Assembly (NCBI GenBank): GCA_013239625.1
Contig: MU054323.1
Coordinates: 18,990,819 to 19,054,818, forward strand
Direction of reading: 5' to 3'
DNA length: 64,000 nt
From: Lama guanicoe
Taxonomy: Eukaryota
This document shows, piece by piece, positions 1 to 12,786 of this stretch; the first letter of the stretch is position 1; each line of letters opens with the position of its first letter. Under the pieces are notes generated by a model, which saw nothing but the letters and a program-made list of their open reading frames with translations, was not told the DNA's origin and made no database searches. A program made the position numbers and the translations under genes.

Positions 1-511
1 CAGTAACTTGTATGTTCCTTTAAGTTGCTGGGTAGTATAGTTCATTGTATGAATATGTCAAAAATGTTATCTCTTTTTTTTTCTGTTGAAAGACACTTGG
101 TTTGTTTCCAGTTTTTGGCTACACCAATGAGTTTGCAATAAACATTCTTGAACAAGTCTTTTTGTAAGCATATGGTTTCATTTAACTTGAGAGTGGGACC
201 TCTTTTAGGAATGTGGTTACTCTGGGAGTGTTATCTCTTTGGAAGTGGAATTGCTGAGTCATAGCTGCAGGCATGTGCATCTACACTGGAAAATTATCAG
301 TATTTTATAAAAGCAAATGTATATCTAACCAACGAACATCTACTCTATATATACTAGACTTCAAATAGAATTTCCAAAGTGTCCTTTAAAATGTTTGAAC
401 AGATTTTACACTCACTAGCAATGCATGATGATTCCAGTCACTCCACATCCTAACTAGCTGTGTTTGTGTTGGTAACTTTTTCATTTTCATTTGGCATTGT
501 CAATGGATTTT

Positions 512-531
512 TGTGTGTGTGTGTGTGTGTG
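512..531. repeat. (TG)10 microsatellite
   Basis: Direct reading. Confidence 0.95.
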
Positions 532-774
532 TTTTAATTTTTAATTTCCTCCATATTAGTTGCATGTATTAGTATTCATTCTTTTAAATTATTGAGTGGT
601 ATTATACAAATAACTGATTTTGTTTATCCATTTCTCTTATGGATAGACATTTGGGTTGTTTTTAGATTTTGTCTATTGTAGATAAAGCCGTTATAGATAC
701 TAGAGTGCAAGTCCTTTAATAGACTAATATTTTCATTTCTTTCTAAATATTGCACTTCAGCGAATAGTTTAGAT

Positions 775-1005
775 CAGGAATCCACAAACTGCTACTGTCT
801 GTGGGCCAAATCTGGCCCACCACCTACCTGCCTTTGTCAATAAAACTTTACTAACACAGGGTCATGTTCATTTGTTTATATATTTTCCATAGCTGCTTTT
901 GTGCTGCAGTGGACAGACTGAGTATTAGTAGTAGAAAACATATGACCTGCAAAGGTTAAACTATTTACTGCCTGACCATTTACACAAAAAGTTTGCCAAA
1001 ACTTA
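775..1005 (+). mobile_element. MER58A-like hAT-Charlie MITE
   Basis: Decayed TIRs 'caggaatccacaaac' ... 'gtttgccaaaactta'; internal 'gggccaaatctggccc'; 8-bp TSD gtttagat (767-774) / gtttaggt (1006-1013). Confidence 0.85.
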
Positions 1006-1869
1006 GTTTAGGTATACATTTATCTTTATAGGAAACTACTGCAGTTCACCAAAGCAGTCATGCAATTTTAAATTCACACCAACATTCTGTAACTTTTTCA
1101 GTTTCAGTTGCTCCACATTCTGGCCGTCCTTTGATATTGTTATTCTTTTTTATTCTACACATTCTACTTTGCAGAAATGACCTTACATTGTGGGCTTTAA
1201 TTCACATTGTCCTAAAAACCAAAAATGTTGATCACCTTTTCACTGCTTGGCCATTGTGTATCTTCTTTTGCAAAACATCTGTTGAAGCCTTTTGTGAATT
1301 ATTAAATTGCATAGTCTATCTTTTTAATTGTCTGTTTGTAGGAGTTCCTTATGTACTCAAAATATAGGTCCTTTTTCATAGATATTTCAATTTTATACCA
1401 TATTCACTTTTATCCCATTTTCTATTTTGTGGATTTCCTTGTAATTCTCTTGAAGTTATCTTTTGATATAAAGGAAACTCACATTTTTATGAGATCTAAT
1501 TTGTCACTTGTCATTTGTGATTAGTGCCTGTCATGTCTTGTCTGAAAAAAAAAATCTTTGCCTACTCTAAGGTAACAAAAATAATCTAATATATTTTCTT
1601 ACAATTTAGGAGTATGTTTCACTCCATATTACTTGTGTCTGAAGTGGGGTAGGAGGCAAAGTTCACTTTCTCTCCACGTGGATGTCCAGATGTTAAGGCT
1701 CATTTGTTAAAAGTATTTCCTTTCCCCATTGAATTGATTTGGAACCTGAGCCAAAAATCAATTAATCACATATGTTTGAGTTTGCTCCTGGATTCTATAT
1801 TCCATTTATCTGTTTGTCTATCCTTATACCACTGCCTTTTATCGCTATAGCTTTAATTTCTAAAAAAAA

Positions 1870-2518
1870 TTTTTTAGTCGAAGTATAGCCAGTTTACAAT
1901 GTTGTGTCAGTTTCTGGTGTACAGCATAATGTTTCAGTCATACATATACATACATATATTTGTTTTCATATTGTTTTTCATTATAGGTTACTATAAGATA
2001 TTGAATACAGTTCCCTGTGCTATACAGAAGAAACTTTATTTATTTTATTTATAGTAGTAGAATATGTAAATCTAGAACTTGCAATTTATCCCTTCTCACC
2101 CCCTTTCCCTGCTGGTAACCGTAAGTTGTGTTTTTTTTTTTTCCTGTGTCTGTGATTCAGTTTCTGTTTTGTAAATAAGTTCATTTGTGTCTTTTTTTTT
2201 TTTTTAAGATTCCACATATAAATGATAGCATATGGTATTTTTCTTTCTCCTTCTGGCTTACTTCACTTAGAATGATAATCTCTGGGTCCATCCATGTTGC
2301 AGCAAATGGCATTATTTTATTCTCTTTTTATGGCTGAGTAGTATTCCATTGTATAAATATACCACAGTTCTTTATCGAGTCATCTGTGTTAGACATTTAG
2401 GTTGTTTCCATGTCGTGGCTATTGTATATAGTGCTGCCGTGATCATTGGGGTGCACGTATCTTTTCGAATTAGAGTTCCCTCTGGATATATGCCCAGGAG
2501 TGGGATTGCTAGATCATA
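1870..2518 (-). mobile_element. 5'-truncated lineage-specific L1 (ORF2 end plus 3'UTR)
   Basis: T-run then 'agtcgaagtatagccagtttacaatgttgtgtc'; 'catccatgttgcagcaaatggc'; 'cccaggagtgggattgctagatcata'; closely similar to copies at 17785 and 47837. Confidence 0.92.
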
Positions 2519-2954
2519 CTCTTTATATGACCTTCAAATCACTTAGTGTAAATCCTCCAGCTTTTTTTTTTATCCTTTTGTAATTTTTTATTTTTTTAGG
2601 ATTTTGCATTTTAGTATAAATTTTAGAATAAAAGACGTCAGTATCTTTAAAGGAACATCTGGGATTTTGATTGAGAGAGTACTGAATCCATACATCAACT
2701 TGGGGGTAAAAGAAATCCCAACAATATTGAGTCACAGTAATCCATGTACAATCCATAAGTCCATATATTTAGATCTACTTTAATTTATCTCAGAATTTTT
2801 ATATTTCATATTTCTATGTTCTATCTCTATTACAGGTACTTTGCATGTATTTCACATTTTATATCTAGGCATTTGAAATTTTAGGTAAAAAAATACATTT
2901 TTAATTATTTATCTCTAGAATGTAGAAACATAATTAGTTTAATATCCTGTGTTT

Positions 2955-3340
2955 ATCCTGGTAAATGTCTAGTAACTAGCTCTTTGACTGAAAAAGAGCT
3001 CTAGTTTGCAGTGTTTGCTGATTTTCGCAGTATAAACACCATGACAGATTTCAAGCTACCAGTGTATGCCACTGAACGGTGAATTGGACAGTAGCACGTC
3101 CTTCTATGGCATTTCTATCATACACATAGAGTCGATGTAAGTATCTTCAAACCATAGATATTATTAAAATGTATTAAAATATTGAGAAGTGATCATTTCT
3201 GAGTATATCCTTTGCTTTTCATATAATTTATTTAATTATAAGTTTAATTTTTACTAATTTCTATACTTTACAATGAAATTCTTGAAAATTAAAAAAAAAA
3301 ATCAGCTCTTGTAAGCCAGTACCACCCAGGTGCAGCAAGT
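2955..3340 (-). mobile_element. MER63-like hAT-Blackjack DNA transposon relic
   Basis: 'ctggtaaatgtctagtaactagctc', 'gatttcaagctaccag', 'atcagctcttgtaagccagtac' resemble recalled MER63 consensus. Confidence 0.65.
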
Positions 3341-3699
3341 TAGTGCCTTTGACTTTTGTAATTCTGTTACTAGTTCTTAGTTCTGTTTTTGTGTCAGTTT
3401 GTTTTCAGGATTCATAGGGTGTTCTACGTAACAATCAGGTTACCTGTGAATAACAACACGTATACGTCTTCCTTTTTAAATTTTATGCCTTTCATTTCTT
3501 CTTCCTGGTTAGGATTTCCAATAAAACTGTAATAGATGTGGTGGAAGCAAGCACATTTCTTGTCTCCCAGTCTCAAGACCCCACAGATCTTTCTAGAACA
3601 GCTCAGTTACCAGCTTTATAAGAATTAGATCTACTGCTGCTTTATTCCCTGCTGTCCAGCTGAAGGGGACATGGGTGATCTCTGCTCTTCCATTGCAAC

Positions 3700-4420
3700 A
3701 CCACTTTTCTACACTGCAGAAGATCCCTGTCTTCCCTGATGCCCCAACCCTAGCCTTTGGATGTTTGCTGCAGAGCACTTGAGGTGGACCTGGGGTGCCT
3801 TGGGAGCTTTCTCTCAGTGCCCAATATCTACACCCAGCATTTGGCACTATCTGCCTTCTACTTGGTGACTCTTTAGCGTTTCTTAGGGACAATTATATTG
3901 GTTACATCTGTCCTCCCAAGAACCACCAGAAGGAAATCTGTTCTCCCACCCTAACCCCTCCTTAAGCAGTGTCAGTGTCTTGCAGTTGGTGAAGCTCTCA
4001 TGAACCTCAGTGGGGCTCTCTCTCAGCCATCTTGCCCTAAGCCCATATTTAGACACTCGAGCCCATTGCACTCTTAGACAGCTCAGAGGAAAGCCTTGAC
4101 AAGTGGATGCAAAGGGGTTCTGTGCTCAGGGCTCCTTGGGATACTGATCCACCATGCATGTCCACACATGGCCATTAAAAACTTGACTGATTCCTCCTCA
4201 CAGTCATCTGTGGTGGATTTCCTTTTTCTCACCGCTCTGCATAAAGAAAAGCAGGCTTGGACTTCTTCTTTCTTGGGAAACACTCATCACTTTCTGTAAT
4301 TTAGTTCATTTAGTTTTCTTTGTTTCCTCAGCTTTCTGGTTTAAAAATACCGTGAGTTTTTGGCTTATCTATCTTATTCTCATTATTACGGTGAGAACCA
4401 TAGAGTCATGTGACTTTTTA
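3700..4420 (-). mobile_element. Probable ancient L1 5'-region fragment
   Basis: Motifs 'ctgccttctacttggtgact', 'ttctctcagtgccc', 'atcttattctcattattacggtgaga' resemble old L1M 5' ends; weak. Confidence 0.4.
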
Positions 4421-4704
4421 CATTACAGCCGAAAAGGAGTCTTCATTTGTTCATTCAGATTTTGAGCAGACTCAAAAAGTCTTTATAAAGGTTCTTACCA
4501 TTACTTAGGAGCTTTTAAGAAATTGGAAGCAAGGAAGTTGGAAATTACTTAAAATTATACCATTTACTAGTCTCCTTATTCTCTGTCTGTAAGTATCCAG
4601 TTAACAGATTATCCTGATCTCCATCCAGATCTGAAATTTGCTGAGCTCTAGTGGCTTTACAGGAAACATTAAATCCGATGTTAAAACACAACCATGAGTT
4701 TCAT

Positions 4705-4830
4705 ACTTTTGTTGTAACTGAGGAAGTTTAGGCTCAATGAGGTTATATGTTCAAAGTTACACAATAAACAAGAGAGGCGGAATTCAACTTCAGTTTGTCT
4801 AATTGGAAACCCTCTACTTAACTTCCATAC
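4705..4830 (-). mobile_element. MIR SINE fragment
   Basis: 'gaggaagtttaggctcaatgaggtta...aagttacaca...ggaattcaacttcagtttgtctaatt' matches antisense MIR core. Confidence 0.6.
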
Positions 4831-7800
4831 TCCTATACTTCTAAATCCATCCAGATTTCTGAAAGATGGCGACTTCCTAAATTGCCAGTCTCATGAATCA
4901 CTGCATCGTTGTTGCCTCCATGGGTTGACATATGCCTGCATACAAACGTCATGCGTCAGATTTGCCAAAATTTACGTTTAAGAAAAAAAAAGAAATTCTC
5001 CATCTGTGAGGCAGGCCTATTGTCAAAAATTAAAAGAAAAAAATTGCATGGTTGTAATTATTATTACAGTTGGTTAATTTTCTTCTTCAAATGTGCATTT
5101 CTGCGCTGGTTAGGTCTTTATCTCAGAAAGCCTTCTCTGTAAGCTGGTAGCCTTTATCATCAATCCCCATTTAACTGTAAAGCTTTTGTTAAGAAAGGTC
5201 TGAAGTGCTTAATTTCTGATTCATTTTGGGAGAACAGCTGGAATCAACAACTTGAGGCTATTTTTTTTTCTTCCTGAATTACTTCTGTAATTATTGCTGT
5301 ATACCGTGGGCTGCGGAATATGTCTTTTGACTCAGAATTATAGGAGAATTGGCATAAGGTCACCATGAACCTAATGGAAGGAGTAATTACTAACTTCATT
5401 TTCTCTTTTTGTCTGTACTCCTTAAGAAAATGTGTCCAGATGAATAACATGATTGGTTTTACCAGAATCCTTCCTGTTTCTTGGCCACATTTTATGCTCA
5501 GATTTTATACACTGTAAATTATTTTAAATTTCACATTTAGACAATGGTTAGAAGAAAAGGAAATATGGAATACTTAATTGATGAGGCCTAGTTCCCATCC
5601 TTATGCTCAGAAGCAATTGAAATATTTTCATTACAAAAAAGTTCTTTCTGTAACAGGGCCATGCATTCAAACATGCAAAGAACTGGTTGCTGTGAAAATG
5701 GGTGATTGTTGTGTTGCCACTGTAAATGTCTCACTGAGTAAAACTAAACATTATTAAATTGTGCCCCTGAAACTTACCATGATACTTTGCAGTATGAACA
5801 CTCCCTCCAAGCCTCAGTGCTTCTCCCCCACTTAGTGGCAGGATGCCCAGCTCAGAGCAGCAGCATTCCTGCTCCGATGCCGTACATGCAATTCTGAGAA
5901 CCCTCAGCTCAGAGAAGTCAGAGATTGTGAAGGAAAAGCGGATGGAGGCAGACCATCAAAGCTGATGGGACTTTGTAACCAGAACATTGCCAAAAACTAT
6001 AATAATCTTATTCAAAGTCTTAGCACAGTGATAGGCTGATTTTTTCACATCGCGATTTAGACTTGTCTTAAGACAATGCAACTGGAAATAGCTGTCTAGA
6101 GCCCCCTTTTGGAAACAGACGAAAGAGTCTCTTCCTTCTCTCTTAGCCACGTCCGGCCTGAGTGGCAGAGACGCTCTTTGTAATGGGAACATTTGCATCA
6201 GGACTTCTGTTTTTTGGGGAATAATATTTCAGAAAGAACTGAGGCTTGGGGGATAAGTGCTCCTAGACATACTCATCTCTGTAGAAACGTTAGTCATTTG
6301 AGATTGTTTTCATGGTTTTTTGAGTCAAGATACATTTGAACACAGACAGTAATGATGAATTATTTTTAGGAAAAGGGTAAAACAGCAATTCAATGGGTAT
6401 TTGGGACAACCACTTATAAATAAGAGTATCCTTTGCATCCAAACACTTTTGTAGTAAAACAAAAAAGCCCATCAGCAATTTACTTCACCTGTTTTGGGGG
6501 CTTTTCATACACGGGGCAGGATGGGGGGTGGGAGTTAGATACTTCTGAGGTTTTGGCTGCTCTTTTCTGCTCTTTTAAAAACATTTACTTGTTGAATTGT
6601 ACAGAATTCTCCCTTTTAAAATTTTAAATTAATGCTTATTAAAATAATCAGGATGTTTTCTCATTCAGCTTGTTTAGTGTATGTGAAAAGGAGATGGGGC
6701 TTAATTTATGCCACTTTTCATCACTCTCTCTGAAGCTACATCAAAGCAGAAATATCCTGGCCTAGAGAAAGAGTATCTGCCAAGTGGAGAGCACTTTCTT
6801 ATTCATCAGTGAGGGGTTTCATGGAAGGAATCTGGGAGATCCCGACCGCAGAACATGTGGACAGCTCTCCTGTGGGACACATGGAAGAAGAGAAGGGAGG
6901 GGGTGGACAGGGCTGTTGAAGGAGGTTCTAGGAAGGTGCTGGTCAGTGTGAACCAAACCCTAAGGTTTCTACCTGAGAAAAGAAACGAATATGAGCGATG
7001 CTACCGACGGTGGGGACAGAGTCAGCTACATGGCTCCACTGTGGCTGTGCTTGGCAGTGAGCATGTCAGGCCCCCTGGGTTTATACTGGGCTTCAAGGTG
7101 CAGCAAATAGTTAACATAAAACATATGAGAAATGCTGAATATCATGAAGTGAAAGAATTGAAAGAATTCACCCTTTTGTTAATTTACTAACAGCCTCTCA
7201 CCATCACCTATACCGAGGTCAGCTGCCTGTCCCCACAGGCTACTCGTGGCCCCATGACAATTTAGAGTCTTGGTCATGGAAAGAACCTCTGCTTTGGTGC
7301 CCTTCACTGCAGGGTCAAGTGACTTAACTGCTGTTCACGCACAGACCTGTTGCCAAGTCACTGGATCTGGGCAATTGTCCCTTTGAAAGAGAATAGGCAC
7401 TTCTTATCTCAGATCCAAGTCTATTTCCAATCCCTGAAGACCTGCATTGCCATATGGCCCAGGTTTGCCATTATTCTTCCTCAAGCCCACCTTTCTCATC
7501 TCAGACCTTGGAGTCTGCCACTCCCAGGTGCTGAAGTTCACTTGTCCACCCGTGACCACACTGTTTGTCTAAAGGCAATGCCATCCCACACTTCTTTCCA
7601 ACAAAGTTGTATGAATTCACCTTCCAGCATCCGCAGCAAGTGCCAGTAAACTCTCTGGTCTCCTATCAAACCACTACCCCCACAACCATTCTGTGTCACA
7701 TTCCTGTCTCTGCCTTTGACCATTAATTAGAGATAAATTCTTTTCCGACTCCTGGAGCCAAGACATCAGGACTTACAGGTTAGAATATGCCTGTGTTACT

Positions 7801-7904
7801 TCTGAAACTATTAGCTTCCTGAAATATATTTCCCTGAGAAACTGAGCAGATAGAAAGGTTCCCAACTGATAATCTACATATATATCTTTGCTCATGATAG
7901 AAAT

Positions 7905-8110
7905 AATGATAATAATAACATGAAGTGTATCATTTTGTATCAGACACTCCTGACCATTTACAAGTATTGAACAATTTAATCTGTATAAGGACCCTGAGAA
8001 AGCCAATGCATAGGGTGGTTAAATATGTTGTCTGTTGCATAGTTAGTAATTGGTGGATAAAGAGTTCAAACCCAAGCTTCCTAGCTAAGCGCTAATGGTC
8101 TTACACACCG
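7905..8110 (-). mobile_element. MIR SINE
   Basis: 'ataataataac...ggttaaatatgttg...agttagtaattggtgga...gttcaaacccaagc' antisense MIR layout. Confidence 0.6.
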
Positions 8111-8744
8111 TATTAGTATAGGAATCTGCTGAGAAAAACCATCCATTGGTTAAAGGAGAAGAAATTGGAGGAGGAGGCACAATACTTGTAAGTTGAGGTA
8201 TAAGTGTAACACATATCAGTCCTTAGAAGCATAAAACCAACATTTAAGGGAAAAGAGGAACTAGAAAACTCCTAAATGTAGACCAGTTTCCCCCATGCAA
8301 CTCAAAGATACGTGTGTATGTGTGTCTCCTATTAATGCCGCATGAGATACTTCCTACAGCTTAATTTTTTGAAGTCTCAGATAATTTTGGGCTATTAAGT
8401 TTTAGAGTCATAGACAAGATTAAATGATCAGATCAGTGGATTTTGCTTCTGTTGAGCTAGTGACTGAGAATGAGAATTAGAGTGCCTAAGATAATTGTAT
8501 GACGGTCTTTCTGTTGCTGAGAAGGACCAGAGAGAGCTTTCTCTTGGTGTGTGTGGAAACACTTATAAATCCTAGCATTGACTGTAGTGTTCTGCGACCT
8601 GGTGGTGCACACTAAATGCTTGTTGTTCTACTGACTGAATTTAATAACCTGTAAATTAGCTACTGCTTCATGGCCTTTAACAGCAGTTCCCCTTGATTTA
8701 CTAGGTGGTTTGTATACATTTGTGAATTTAAAATCAACACTTGG

Positions 8745-9072
8745 AAGTAAGTCAGATTGAGAAAGACAAATACTGTATGATTTCAATCATATATGGAATA
8801 TAAAAAGCAAGCAAACAAAAAGACAAAATTGATGAGCAAACCAAACCAACAAAAACACACACATAAGTACAGAGAATAGACTAGTGGTTATCAGAGGGGA
8901 GAGGAAGACGGGGAGGGCAGAGTGGGTAAAGGGGATCATCTGTATGGTGACGGATGGAAACTAAACTTTTCAGTGGTGAGCACTCGGTAGTGTATACAGA
9001 AGTAGAAATACAATATTGTACAAAAAAAATGATATTATAAACCAGTGTTATCACAACAAAAATAAATTTAAA
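8745..9072 (+). mobile_element. 5'-truncated L1 3' end with TSD
   Basis: 'gagaaagacaaatactgtatgatttca...tatggaat' (ORF2 end), G-rich 3'UTR, AATAAA/A-tail; 15-bp TSD aaaatcaacacttgg (8730-8744) / aaaatcaatacttgg (9073-9087) at a TT/AAAA site. Confidence 0.92.
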
Positions 9073-12000
9073 AAAATCAATACTTGGTTAAGTTATAAAA
9101 ACACACGACAGAACTGTAGAATTTAATTAAGATCAATGTTTTAATTTTTTGGATTTATATACTAATTCTTATTTCATTTAGTTTGAAGTCTGTGTGTGGA
9201 ATCTTGTACTATTAAATTCCTGTTCTTCTCCAGTCAATTAGTACTCCCAATCACAAGAGACTGGCTCCCCAGACTTACCCCATTCTGCAGGATGCATCTA
9301 TGTAACCACACACTGCGGGGACTAGGGAAATAAAACCCATATTTGACCACAGAAATTAGAAAAAATACGTAGTCTAAACATTACTCAATTTGCTTATTAG
9401 TTATAACAGATTTTTTTTAAGTAGTTGTTGTATTGAGAGTGATCAGTTAAATCCACGCTATATAAATCATTTCTACTATTTATGGTGTGGGAAACTATAA
9501 ATCCTAGACCGCTCACAAAAATCAGATACACTTCACTCTGCCTCTTTTCCTGGAACTCATCATAGGATTACAATGAGCTTAAAACACCTGGCTATGATTT
9601 CACCTAGAACATTCTAGGACTCTCTCCAGTGTACAAGTTAGTCATTTCACTACCATTGCAATCTGTTGTTTTACAACAGCACTATATGCAAAGAAATTGG
9701 TTATTTTAACAGAGAAAATTCTGCCAAGTTCCCTCTATTAAAAAACTTTCATCATGAAATAGGAAAAAGTGAGGCAGGCATACATACAGAACAGTGTTAC
9801 AAAAGGATCAAGTAACAAAACGGACACCCAAATCATATGGAAGTTAGTCAGATGCCAAAAGTACGCTGCATTGATTTTAGTTTCAAATGACCCTGAATCT
9901 GTGTTTTAAATAAGGTGTTTAAATTACAGCATCATTCTCTAACAAACAGCATTTTAACTCAAAAAAAGAAGTTTATAGGAAAGGCCGATTTTATTTATTT
10001 TGTTTCTTAAATTAGAGGAGGGTTTATTCTGCTTAGATTTTACCTTTTCCTATGCTAGAGATAATGTATATTTTTTATTCCTTTCAGAAAATGAAAATTC
10101 AATTTTAGAGCGTGCTTTCTCTTAGACAGCTTTACAGAAAGCTGTAAACAGAAGAGCCAAGATAGCCAACAGTAATAAACCAGCATTTTATTAGAAAGCT
10201 CAAAAGCTTAAAAACTCAGATTTAAGGAACTTTTTTATTTAACTATTCCTGAACCCTTATCCAGCCTGACTCTTCTGAGTACCCTACTCACCTTAGTTGA
10301 TAATGTGCTTCAAAACAGTATCTTTGTAGGAGAAGCAATGCCATTTTGGGGGAACAAAGAGAGGTTGAACAAGTCCATAACTTTAAATGTAAGGTGAGCT
10401 CTGTATGAGTTTCTTATCTCACAATAACATTGCTTGTTAAGTCAATACTTCAACAATATTTGCAGAGCTGTTTAAACACTTTAGGATATGTGTACAAATC
10501 TCTGATGTAAGCATAGAAATTGTTATCTCCATTTAATTAAAAGAGGAAAATTAGAATAAAATGTAATAAATGAATAAAATGATTTTTCTCAACTAGTTTT
10601 GCATGTTAGAAGGTGTTGAATACAAGATTTTCTATATTCTTCTCAATACTTACGTTTCCCCTTACGCTTTCTGTTAACCAAGAATATTTTTCAGAACTTT
10701 CATCCCCAAATACAACTTTTTTTTTTTTAACAAAAGATTCTAGTGTATAATGAGGTCGAAGAGCTAACAAAGCTTCCCTGTGAGATATTTTCAGTCAGAT
10801 GAATGAATTACAGAACACTCTCTGGAGCTGTGGACGACCAAAGGAGAGTGGCTGTATTCAAGACAGAAGTTTAATCTTCATCATTAGGAAGCCTAGGCTA
10901 AGTACCCCCAGTTCAAAGATTATTCCTTTATCCAGAGACTAGATTGATTTCCAAATCTTAATTGACAGGTTTTAAAAGGGCTTTTCGACATTATAGAATA
11001 TCCACATTGCTAGAGACATCATATAAACACAGAAAAATTTACACTTGTCTGAACAGCTAAATAAAGATGGATAAATGAGGAAGAGGCCTATGGATCTTAA
11101 TAATAATATCTTGGTAGAGAGGACAGGTGGTGTTCAAATAAATGGCTAAAAGCTACTTCCTGTGTGAACCATTGCCAGAGTTCTTTAGGGACTTTCTCTC
11201 ACAATCCATTCTGCATAACATACCCAGAGTAATGCCCCTAAGTGCCATGTTGGTTGAGCACCTCCTTTCTTCTAAAGAATCAACAGAGGGGAGGAAGCAT
11301 AGCAAAGGGGAAATATATGGGTTTATATATAAGGCAAAGAATTCCAAGACAAGCTGTATATTTACTAACTGATTTTATGAAAATCATATAGCTAATTTTC
11401 CTCATATAAACTGAAATTTCCTAAATATGACTTGTATTCTACTGTCTCAAATTTGCCGATGCATTCTTCTTTCTGAAATGCTCACTCCTTTATTTCTTCT
11501 TAACCTAAAACCACCCAATCTTCAAGACTCAACTCAAATATTCACTTCCCTGGATCAAGTAAGATAAAAGATATTTCTTCCCATTCTTGTTTTGATACTT
11601 CTAAATTTGTTCCTGTCATATAACTTTTACCAGATAAAACATGCTATTTAAGATATACATTAAAAACTCTCCTAGTAAAATATTATAAACACACAGGACA
11701 CAATAATGCTATAACAGCTAGAAAATGCACATGGGGTCAATGATTGAACACTTAGAAATATTAACAATTGACTGACCAAAAGATCAACCGATGACAAATT
11801 TGAACGTACACCTGAAAGAAAATCTCATATGGAAATGCAAGAACCCTTTCTTAGTCAATATTTTGATTACCTTGAACAAGCACATCAAAAGTAATGTTCT
11901 TCAAATCTACCACTAACATCAAATGGGAAATAATATGAATTATATTGGAAGACAAAATCAGTCTATTCAATGCCAAGACTTACATACTCACATGTAAATC

Positions 12001-12472
12001 CAATCTGATTCATTTTATTACTGTTTTCCCACACAACCACTCGACTATTTATGTGTTTCATGAATGTTACTGCATCTAAAATCAATTCTTAGAACACTGA
12101 CAAATTCTTTTAAAAAATATAGAAGGAGGAAGCCAAAGAAAGTCACTTTTTACACCCATTTTTCCCGTAGTGTAAAATCCCCTACTTTTATCCTGAATTA
12201 TATACATATTAAAATTTTGTGTTTTTAAAATATAATTTATTCCCACCAGTTTTTAAAGAATGATAATTTGAGAGCACAAAGAAAACAAATAAAAATAAGT
12301 GAAGAAAACGTGTAAATTATAAGAAAAGTTTGAAGTCATACAGAATTCTTTTTATTTTATATTAAAAGTAAAAATACTTAAATTATTGAATAAAAGTAGA
12401 AAGAAGAAAATTATACCTATTATCCTATGATTCAAGCACAACCCCTGTTAATGTTTTGCTGATTCTTTTAGA

Positions 12473-12755
12473 TTTTTTTTTAATTGAAGTATAATTGATT
12501 TGTAATACTGTGTTAGTTTCAGGTGCACAGCAAAGTGATTTGGTTATTTTTCTCCAGATAATAGCCCATGATAGGTTTCTACAAGATATTGAATATAGTT
12601 CTCTGTGCCAGACAGTGACCCTTTGTTGCTTATGTACAGTAGTGTATATCTGTTAATTCCATATTCCTAATTTGTCCTTCCTTCCTTCTTCCATTTGGTA
12701 ACCATAAATTTGTTTTCTATGTCTGTCTGTTTCTGTTTTGTATATATATGCAAAC

Positions 12756-12786
<31 letters not shown>

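Larger units (their letters stand above)
1..2880 (-). mobile_element. Ancient LINE-1 (L1M-type) ORF2 3' region/3' end fragments, interrupted by a MITE and a younger L1
   Basis: Decayed antisense L1 motifs such as 'tttccagtttttggct', 'gtggaattgctgagtcatag', 'ggatagacatttgggttgtttt', 'tttccccattgaattg' and 'gggattttgattgag'; boundaries approximate and probably more than one copy. Confidence 0.75.

Noticed and set aside
5244..5450. Minus-strand ORF/possible exon (FMVTLCQFSYNSESKDIFRSP)
   Set aside because: Weak donor (gtatac), unrecognisable peptide, no partner exons
8581..8612. CTCF-like motif cgacctggtggtgc with upstream tgtag
   Set aside because: Several mismatches to the core and wrong upstream spacing; cannot be supported without a PWM scan
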